A DNA stretch of 64,000 bases from an uncultured delta proteobacterium (lineage in GTDB: Bacteria; Myxococcota; B64-G9). The notes beneath the pieces were generated by a model. It saw only the letters and a program-made list of their open reading frames with translations, made no database searches and was not told where the DNA came from. Location: contig CAVWHX010000011.1 in the NCBI GenBank assembly GCA_963754925.1, forward strand, positions 128,001-192,000. Reading direction: 5' to 3'. A program made the translations under genes and the position numbers. This document shows positions 56,310-64,000 of this stretch, in pieces. Each line of letters opens with the position of its first letter. Positions within the stretch are counted from its first letter, which is position 1.

Positions 56310-57197
56310 TCATCCGATGAAGATTCCTGCCGCAAGGAGCGCGGGCGTGGCAAGGTTGAGCACGACGTTCATACCCATAGAGGGAATGAGGGCCGGAGTG
56401 TTTTCCGCATTTTTCAATGCCCCTAAAAAAGCTGGTACCGCGATTACCATGGTGAGGAGCGCCAGCAAGCAAAACACCGGAAGCTTCCCGGTCGCTACCC
56501 CTGCAATAATTGAAACGTAGGTAAAAAGTAGAAACAGTCCATAGATGATGCTGCTTGTTTTCTTGCCCACGGTAATTGGATAGTGTTTTCTTCCAATGGT
56601 CTTGTCCGCTTCCGCATCGGGGAACTGATTGAGCAGCAGCAGGTTGCTCACCAGAAAAGAGGGGACCAGCGAGGCGATGAGCGCGGTAACGGAATACGAT
56701 CCTGCCAGCGCAAAATGGGTCCCATTGACCATGAGCACCCCAAAGCCCAGTCCCGGCGCAATGAGACACAAAAGCGGGTTTTTGGTAAGCCATACGGTAT
56801 AGGCAACCAGCAGAAAAAGGCCGACAGCCCCGATCGGAAGAAGCATCCATCCCCTGAGATAGACGAAATAAACCCCCACGGCAGCGGTCGTGAAAAACGA
56901 GACGAGCGATACCACCAACGCAAGCTTCACCAGTTGCGGTTGCGCGGGCAAGGTGCCGCTTCCCCCGCTGAAGGGGGTTTTATCTGTTTTTGCATCGAGA
57001 CCGGATTTGAAATCAAAGTACTCATTGAATGCGTTCACACACGCGTGAGCGGAGACCGCGCCAATAAGTACCATAACGACTTGTATCCAGTGTATGGTGC
57101 CCGTCTCGCGATACGCGCTGGCAACGCCTACCGAGACGCATGCGGGTGCGAGAAGCAAGAAGGGGGCCCGTATGATACCCATGATTGCTTTTATCAT
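56310..57197 (-). CDS. UbiA/MenA-family prenyltransferase
   Basis: RAPFL, NEYFDFKSGLD, SGGSG, NQFPDAEAD..GRK; multi-TM. Confidence 0.88.
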   Translation of the reverse strand: MIKAIMGIIRAPFLLLAPACVSVGVASAYRETGTIHWIQVVMVLIGAVSAHACVNAFNEYFDFKSGLDAKTDKTPFSGGSGTLPAQPQLVKLALVVSLVSFFTTAAVGVYFVYLRGWMLLPIGAVGLFLLVAYTVWLTKNPLLCLIAPGLGFGVLMVNGTHFALAGSYSVTALIASLVPSFLVSNLLLLNQFPDAEADKTIGRKHYPITVGKKTSSIIYGLFLLFTYVSIIAGVATGKLPVFCLLALLTMVIAVPAFLGALKNAENTPALIPSMGMNVVLNLATPALLAAGIFIG

Positions 57198-57340
57198 TAG
57201 TAGCGCCTCCCCGCGGGCTCAGACGGTGAACGTTTAAATCCACGCTCGGGGCGAGTTGACTCTGAATTCGCCCTTTTGTCAAATGACTGAAAAAATTGGA
57301 AGTGGGTCATGTTCAGATAGGCTCTTGGCATTCACGAGCT

Positions 57341-58069
57341 TCAGGCTGTTCGGCGCGCGCTCACGATCGAGGCGACGCCCCATGAGAGGTCGAAGCCGTA
57401 GATGTTCTCGAAGCCGAGTTGCAAAAGACCGCGTTCGTACTGGTCGCGCCGGAGGAAACCGGCCATGCTCCGCGCGAGGTACCGGTATGCGCCTCGGTCT
57501 CCGGAGATTAATCCGCCGACCAGGGGCAGTATGAGACCGGCGTACGCGCGATGAAAGGCGCGCGCCGCGAGCAGCGTCGGACGGAAAAGCTCGAGTGTCA
57601 CAAACAACCCTCCCGGCCGCAGCACGCGCGGCACCTCGCGCAAATCGGCGATCGGATCGGCCAGGTTGCGCACGCCAAACGCGCACACGACGGCGGAAAA
57701 CGTGCCATTCGCAAAAGGCAGATTGGTCACGTCCGCTTCCACGACCTCCGCGCTCGTCGCCTTGCGACGGCCGAGTTCGAGCATCACCGGAGAGAAATCC
57801 ACCGCGACAACACGATCACCCGGGCGTGCACGCACGAGCAGGGCCGTCATGTCCATGGTTCCAGCGCACAGGTCCAGCAACGGGCCCGCCGGCGCCTGGG
57901 CCGCGAGCGCCACCGCGCGCGACCGCCAGCGTTGGTCGATGCCGATCGACAGGAGCCGGTTCAACCGGTCGTACGACTTTGCTATCCGCTCGAACATCCC
58001 CCGCGTGGCGTTGCGGTGCTTCGCCTCGGCCCCGCGCCGATTGCTCACTTCTGCGATTGGCTCGCTCAC
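57341..58069 (-). CDS. ubiE: Ubiquinone/menaquinone methyltransferase UbiE/MenG
   Basis: MFERIAKSYDRLNRLLSIGIDQRWR, LDLCAGT, AFGVRN, RVLRPGG, AYRYL. Confidence 0.92.
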   Translation of the reverse strand: MSEPIAEVSNRRGAEAKHRNATRGMFERIAKSYDRLNRLLSIGIDQRWRSRAVALAAQAPAGPLLDLCAGTMDMTALLVRARPGDRVVAVDFSPVMLELGRRKATSAEVVEADVTNLPFANGTFSAVVCAFGVRNLADPIADLREVPRVLRPGGLFVTLELFRPTLLAARAFHRAYAGLILPLVGGLISGDRGAYRYLARSMAGFLRRDQYERGLLQLGFENIYGFDLSWGVASIVSARRTA

Positions 58070-58118
58070 GGTCGCGCTCTCCTGCGGTGTCGTGCAACCA
58101 GGTTAGAAAAAATATCTT

Positions 58119-59229
58119 CTATTCTTTTTTATCGCCGATAGCTTCCGGCTCGCTAAAGAATCGGCTGCGGCGGTATGCCTCCAACGAGTGAACTAAAAGA
58201 ACCTTTCCAACCGCAGTTGCCGGTATGGCAAGCAGTACGCCGAGAAAACCGAACAGCCCCCCAAAGGCAAGAAGCGCCAATATCACCACCACGGGCGCAA
58301 GTCCTAACTTTTTACCCAATACATTGGGAGTAAGAAACAATGAGTCAAGGATGGGAACGACGCTAAACCCAATGAGAACCGTTAAAAACGATGTCCACGG
58401 GTAGCCTTCAAGCAATAAAAATAACCACGACAACGATAATCCGGTTACGATCCCAAGGTAGGGAACCATGTTGAAAAGACCGGCTACAATCCCGATGATA
58501 AGCGCCGCGGGTACCCCGATGATCGACAGCATAGTGCTATAAACGGCGGCAAGCACCACACAGACGGTCAGCTGACCGCGTATGAAGCCCGCCAGTACCG
58601 CATCGATTTCACGAGCGAGGCGTAACGTATACTCGCGCCGAGAGGGCGGGATGAGCTCCTTGACCCAGGTTTCGATTTTTGCAAAGTCCCTAAGGAAATA
58701 AAAGGTAAAGAGCGGAATGACGATGATATACAATAGCGAGCTCAGAAGACCCAACGTGCCCGACAGCATCGTGCTCCAGAATGGCGCCGGCCGGGCCGGC
58801 CAGGGAGGTCATCTGCCCGCCCAACTGTTGTTTGATCGAAGAGAGCGCTTCATCGAAGCTAGCGGGAACCTCTATTTGAAGATTATTTTGGATCCAGGGG
58901 ACGGCATGCTGGCGAATCTCGTCAAGATACCCCGGCATCCTCTTCATCAGGGATGCGATCTCGTTCTGCAGCGCCGGCACAATCAGCATGATCAGGCCTA
59001 CCGCCAGCACCAACAAAATGAACAAACACAAAACCGTGCCGAGACTGCGCGGCAGGTGCCAGCGCGCGAGCCGCTCGACCAAAGGATTGAAAGCATAGGC
59101 AAGGAGAAACGCCAACAATACCGGCGTAAGAATTCCCCTCAAGAAATACAGTACAACGACGACCAGCGCGGTCCAGAAGAGAACCTGGAACATACGCTTG
59201 CTCAGGTATCGTTCAGTTGAGGCGCTCAT
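58119..59229 (-). pseudogene. AI-2E family transporter with a +1 frameshift near 58776, possibly a sequencing error
   Basis: LAYAFNPLV in the 5' ORF; FYFLRD, GFIRGQ, VPYLG, GVLLAIP in the 3' ORF; removing one G gives ILSTMLSG. Confidence 0.85.
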
Positions 59230-59301
59230 ATTCCGAATATCCTATTCTTAGATTTCCACCTGCGCGGGAATAACGTATTATAAAAAATAGGAGTCATTTT
59301 C

Positions 59302-59405
59302 GTCATCCCCGCGAAAGCGCTGTGCGGCTTGGCTGGGGATCCAGTTAGTGGCAATAGTGTTTCGTATGTACTTCATTTCTGGATTCCCACCTTTGTGGGA
59401 ATGAC
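59302..59405. repeat. REP-like double palindrome (family C, copy 2)
   Basis: gtcatccccgcgaaagcg...ggggatccag...ctggattcccacctttgtgggaatgac. Confidence 0.8.
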
Positions 59406-59637
59406 TGATCGTTAAACCGCATATCACGGTTGATGGTCGCGCGACTTGTTCCACGAGACCCATTCTTCTTCTTCAGCGGTCGGTTCGCCGGTAAAATCGA
59501 GCTTCGTCATTTTTCCATCGGTGCCGACTCCCGCGATGACGAGCACGACAGCCAAGCCGCGCGGCCGGGGTGCCGAACGTTAAACAACGGTAACCAACAA
59601 ATAATAAACATACAAGCTTGCCTCCCGCGGGAACAGA

Positions 59638-60870
59638 TCACTTCAAGTTGATCTTAATCGAGTTTGGCTTGACCTCAGTTACCTCTGCCTTTAAACCGCC
59701 GCCAAAATCCTTTGCCTCTAAGACAGCAGCCAAGGCATTGGCTTTGCCGGCATATTGAAGATCCAATACCGCCAATCCTCTGCTCAGGCTTTGCTGGTTA
59801 ACCGTTTTGACGCCCCGCATATCTTTCATCACCTCAATCAGCTTCGAAAGCATGCGGTTGTTTTTGACTCCGGCGACTTCCATTCGAATGCTTTCGACGC
59901 CGTAAGCGCTCGCTTTGAAATTCTTGGTGATCTTTTCGATCAGATCATCGGCCAGTTTTTCGGAAGCCTTTTTGAGGGCCTTGGTGCCGGCTTCGGCAGC
60001 GCTGATATGCGGGACTATCGCCTGCGCCGTGGCGACGGCCATCACCTCGCCGTTGCTGGTATTGATGGCATGAACGCCTATCTCGGCGGAGGCAGACCGC
60101 CAACGTTTTCCCTCTACCGTCTCGCCAATGTCTTTAGCCAGGGCCTTGCCAACAATCACGACCTGGGCCTCCGTTATCTGCTGGGCCATTTGGCGAGCTT
60201 GTTGATCGCTAATAAATGCAACCGGCGTTCTCAGTTTCAGGCGATCGGCCAATCCTTTCGGATCGACAAAGGTAAAACCCTTTTCCATCATTTTTTCCAT
60301 AAGCGTGTTCGTAACCACGTCCATCTCGAGGCTTACCATTGTATTGTTTCCCCACCAATAGTTCGGTCGGTCCATACCGATGTTTTGCTTCGCGATCATC
60401 ACCAGCAGCTTGGGCCTTCCCTTGGCCTCGTTTATCAGGATGCTGAGCGCGTCGAGATCGTTTTGGATTGCGCCCTTTGAAACCTCGGCTTTGACCTCTA
60501 CGATCTTGACGCCATCCTCGATCCGCTCGCCGGTGATCTTGTACTTCGTGACGTACCCGGATGCCTTGGAATAGATTTTATCCGTGAGCAACTGGTAGTT
60601 CTCGGTGACGGTTGCGGAGGATATCATGGTACGTACAGCGGACTCTATCGCCTTATGCAAAGCATCTTCAATGGCTTTGTCCCGCGCCGCGGCCCGATCG
60701 TTGTCGACTATCGCCGTTTGGCCGGTAGCTTCGACCGTCTCAGTCTCTTGCGCGCGTAAAACACCGCTCGCTGCAACTATCAAAAGACCCGCCACAAATC
60801 CGAAGCGAGTATGGTTCTTCATGAACGTCTCCTTCACTGTTCGTCTCAAAGCTGCATGATTTTTAGTCAA
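59638..60870 (-). CDS. Exported protein with a FlgT-N-like domain (start probably at internal MKNHT)
   Basis: VEATG.A.I...ARDKAIEDAL..AIE...GYV..Y pattern; signal peptide. Confidence 0.65.
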   Translation of the reverse strand: MTKNHAALRRTVKETFMKNHTRFGFVAGLLIVAASGVLRAQETETVEATGQTAIVDNDRAAARDKAIEDALHKAIESAVRTMISSATVTENYQLLTDKIYSKASGYVTKYKITGERIEDGVKIVEVKAEVSKGAIQNDLDALSILINEAKGRPKLLVMIAKQNIGMDRPNYWWGNNTMVSLEMDVVTNTLMEKMMEKGFTFVDPKGLADRLKLRTPVAFISDQQARQMAQQITEAQVVIVGKALAKDIGETVEGKRWRSASAEIGVHAINTSNGEVMAVATAQAIVPHISAAEAGTKALKKASEKLADDLIEKITKNFKASAYGVESIRMEVAGVKNNRMLSKLIEVMKDMRGVKTVNQQSLSRGLAVLDLQYAGKANALAAVLEAKDFGGGLKAEVTEVKPNSIKINLK

Positions 60871-61708
60871 CCACGATAATAACTTTGCCTTCGGTAAGAT
60901 ATTTTAAATTCATCTCTTTGTTTTGCAGTTTCGCAGCATCTGCATGAGAAAGAACCATACCGGTCTTGCTGTCCGCCGAACGCTTGAGCGCTTTGATCAC
61001 CAATGGCTCCGATCCCACGCGGCCATTTTTTCCGGCCGCCTCAAGATCGCGGAAATAGCCGACCACGCCACGGGCCTGCAAAGACTTCTGATCAACGAAA
61101 TCAGAACTATAGAGCACCGTTCCGGATTCATCGACAACCCGTGGCGCTAGCGCCGGTATGATGCCGATACCGCGGGCGTCTATAACCAGGCCGGTGTCAT
61201 TTGGTTGTCCGGCGCCGTCCGATACCTCGGCTGTTTTTGTGCCCGGTTTGATCAATGTTGACACAACCTCGCCGTCCAGTGATATCTGCACCACGACATC
61301 TACCCCGCCATCCGAGTAATATTTGGTCCGTAACACCTTAAAGTGCTGCGCCGCGCCCTCGATGGTTGTTCTCATTTTCTCGTCGGTCATTATTTCACTT
61401 TGGACCGTTACTTCGCTAGTGATCCGAACCCCTTTGAGCGTCTCCAAAATATTGCGGAGCGCATCGAGTTTGGCCACCCGCTCCGCCCCCAACCGGGCGA
61501 CGGCAACATTTGTGGCTTTCAAGTCGGGAGCACCGCTGCCGGTGGCGGTAATGGTATGTTCGGTCCAATTTACTTGGCCATGGCCGACGTTAAGATCCCC
61601 CTCGGTCACATCGGTCGGAGAAGACTTAGTGTCTTGGGCCAGAACGATCGCTGGAACGGCGAGCAGGTAACAAACCGCTAACCAATACCAGGGGTTGCCA
61701 CGTGTCAT
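60863..61708 (-). CDS. Exported LPP20-like protein
   Basis: Signal peptide; ITATGSG, A.R.A.LDALRN, TGLVIDARG...PALAPRV; overlaps the next gene. Confidence 0.65.
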   Translation of the reverse strand: MTRGNPWYWLAVCYLLAVPAIVLAQDTKSSPTDVTEGDLNVGHGQVNWTEHTITATGSGAPDLKATNVAVARLGAERVAKLDALRNILETLKGVRITSEVTVQSEIMTDEKMRTTIEGAAQHFKVLRTKYYSDGGVDVVVQISLDGEVVSTLIKPGTKTAEVSDGAGQPNDTGLVIDARGIGIIPALAPRVVDESGTVLYSSDFVDQKSLQARGVVGYFRDLEAAGKNGRVGSEPLVIKALKRSADSKTGMVLSHADAAKLQNKEMNLKYLTEGKVIIVVD

Positions 61709-61794
61709 AATGCCCTCCTTGAATGTGACCTCCTACCTCAAAGTTTTCGCTTTCGTATCACCGAATTGGCGGAACTGTCAAGGTGATCAATCCG

Positions 61795-63160
61795 TTAAAT
61801 CCATAGGTTAAACCACATCCTCATAGCGTAAGCAGGTAACGGTATTTTAATAGCGGCCAAGACAGGATAGAAAAAGATAAAAATAACAATGCAAGCGGTC
61901 AAAAATGCCCATCGGAGTCTTTGGATCTTTATTAACACAAGAAATTTGTCGGATTCCCGGTAATGGAAGAAAAATGCGATGGCCATGCTCAGGGTCATAC
62001 CGGCCGGATAATAGTAATAATAAAAGGTGAGCTTGCGGGGGATGAACGCCCAGCCAAAATAGAATGCGCCGAAGAAGCTGAGAATCAGAAACGCCTCACG
62101 ATCCCTACGCGCAATCCAGGCCCACATGCAAAATAGAAGCGCTAAGAGACCGCTCCACATGATCAGAGGATTTCCGAGCAAGATCACACATCGGTAAAAA
62201 CCCTCCCCTTCCTCGTCAAATGCATACCAGGTAGGCCGGATCATCAGAGGCCAACTCTGCCAGGTGCTCATGTACGGATGGGTGGTAACGATGCTGAGCT
62301 GCCCGTGCCACATCTTGAACTGCATCGTGATCACGTCGAGAATCGAATACGTTGTTTGATCGGCCTTCTGAATGAATAAAAACGGCAGGAAGGTCAAGAA
62401 ATAAACAACCATGGGCACTATCACGAATGCTAGCGCAACCTTTCCAATGCCAATCCCGCCCAGAGATTTGTCCGAATACCAATCTTCGAGTCCTAAGAAC
62501 CTATTCCAACGCCGCAAGATTTTCAGCAAGCCAATCATGAGAATCGCGCTCAGCCACGGGACCATTGCGGCCCACTTACAGGCCATGGCCAGGCCAAACA
62601 TCACCCCGGCAATTAAGCACCAGGAGAACGCGTTCAGATTCTCAACCGCTTTTGACCATGCGGCGCAAAAGGCAACAAGCGCAAAAACAGTGAACGCAAC
62701 CATTAAAGACGTCAAGCGTCCCGATCCGCGCCTGGACATACAAAAGTTGATTCGCAAGGGTTATAAGTGCAGCAAATAGAGCCGTCTTACGATCTCGGAA
62801 CAGAACCAGGGCCCACAGATACATTCCAATCAGTGTCAGTGAACCGAAAAACGTACTCATATATCGCCAGCCGATGGGCCGATCACCGAAAACCATAATG
62901 CCGACTGCCATCAATTCCTTGGCCAGAGGGGGATGTTCCCAATTTTGGTTTTCCTTCATCTGAATAAACTGTTTTGCTGCAGGCACATAATTGATCTCGT
63001 CGAAATTATAGTCGCTCGGATATTGTATATTCACCAAGAAAAGCCCCTGACTGAACAGAAAGAGCGCCAGACAAACAAGCACGGTAGGGCTTCCGATCCA
63101 CGCTTGATTGGTAGGGTTATCGCTCATATGCTCAATCCTAGCATGAAGGAGCCTCACCAT
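61795..63160 (-). pseudogene. Phospholipid-carrier-dependent glycosyltransferase (PMT/GT39) with a +1 frameshift near 62703, possibly a sequencing error
   Basis: FDEINY, EHPPLAK, GWR, ACKW, HPYMS.W..WP, GNP, FYYYYYP; removing one A gives LDVFMVAF. Confidence 0.85.
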
Positions 63161-63342
63161 AAATTTTTACGGTCCTGATCAGTGCTGCTCAACGAATCGC
63201 GGATACGATCCGCTGGCAGTTTTTTTGAATTTTATCGGGTAGTTGTCAGACTATCCATTGTTTTTTGTTTGTTATTTGTATCTTTGGTTTAATCGGATTC
63301 ATAAAACATCTTTGTGACCGATGGGTCAAACCGCGTCTGGTA

Positions 63343-64000
63343 TTACCTGAGGGATAGATTCCCTTCAGGCGCCTCGCGGCGGATCGTCCAATCACAAGCG
63401 GCGTCAACAGGTAGATGTGACACCACCTGAGGAAAGTAAGTCGTCGTCCTGAACCAGGCCTCAAGGTCAACGGGTAGGAGCAAGAGGATGCTTGGGTCAA
63501 GGCCTTCATCCTCCAAGAGTTGTGCGGGTGTTTTAGCGCTCTTGGAGTAGTTGGGTCTGGCGAAGTTCCACCAGTGTTGGTAGATAGAGACCTTCTGGAA
63601 GAAGTCCTGTCTGGATGTAAATGGTTCGAGATCAAAGAACTCCTGTTCAATGGATGCATGGGAACTCTCGACATCGGCGTGGGCGTTTGGGGTGGCAGGG
63701 GGCAGGAAGCGGTGGATGATCCCGGCCTGCTGGATTTTGGCATGGAAGCCTCGTTCCCGCTCGTTCTTGTCATGGCCACCATATTCGACGCCGTTGTCGG
63801 TGGACAAGATAGCACGGCGGAGGTTGACGAGATGCTTTTTCAGGTGGGTCAGCAAGCGCCGGGAGGTCATGGTGGCGTAGGTGGTGGAGAGCTCGTCGGC
63901 GTAAGAGATAAAGAGAGCACCGCTTTTGACATCACGGTGGGTGTACTGGTGTTTGGGGAGGCCGAGTTTCTTCATCTGCGGCCAGTAGGCGGGGATATCG
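63343..64000 (-). mobile_element. IS481-like DDE transposase (integrase core), 5'-truncated by the window edge
   Basis: TDNGVEY, NAHADVESSH..IEQEF, WWNFARP..S...KTP; frame open to the window end. Confidence 0.8.

Noticed and set aside
57341..58069. ubiE as a foreign high-GC gene
   Set aside because: Core genes such as pyrK and aspS are similarly GC-rich, so it cannot be distinguished by eye
59424..59616. Possible small minus-strand membrane ORF after a GGAGG
   Set aside because: Interrupted by an in-frame TAA, and no single consistent repair could be determined
1..64000. CRISPR array, tRNA or rRNA genes
   Set aside because: No regularly spaced repeat-spacer run, cloverleaf or rRNA signature was seen; the repeats are dispersed palindromes

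Overview
Bacterial genomic DNA, probably from a deltaproteobacterium or Myxococcota-like organism. This placement is an inference from the Ser/Thr kinase with GYF and DUF4388-like domains, a PilZ-like protein, a tetraheme cytochrome c and pyrK/pyrD. Housekeeping genes (aspS, pyrKD, rimI, engB, proline dehydrogenase, menA-like, ubiE-like) alternate with accessory blocks. Highlights: (1) a poly-gamma-glutamate operon capB-capC-pgsW at 0.6-3.4 kb; (2) a co-oriented minus-strand cluster at about 23.8-42 kb with FOUR free-standing condensation/PapA5-like HHxxxDG acyltransferases, an RhlB-like glycosyltransferase, two acyl-adenylating ligases, a GNAT with an Arg-rich DRR tail, a DegT-like PLP enzyme, a CapA homologue lacking metal ligands, a secreted Cys-type Ntn hydrolase, a flippase-like protein and an LbH protein, preceded by a 1668-aa orphan lipoprotein. 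This is a candidate carrier-protein-free pathway for an acylated glycolipid or surface polymer; (3) a family of small palindromic elements with compensatory stem changes, nested inside larger inverted repeats, two 198-bp copies of which bracket the core of the cluster; (4) a partial IS481-like transposase at the right edge. Five single-base frameshifts in four genes look like long-read errors. No rRNA, tRNA or CRISPR array was seen. All family assignments come from motif recognition by eye, not from database searches.
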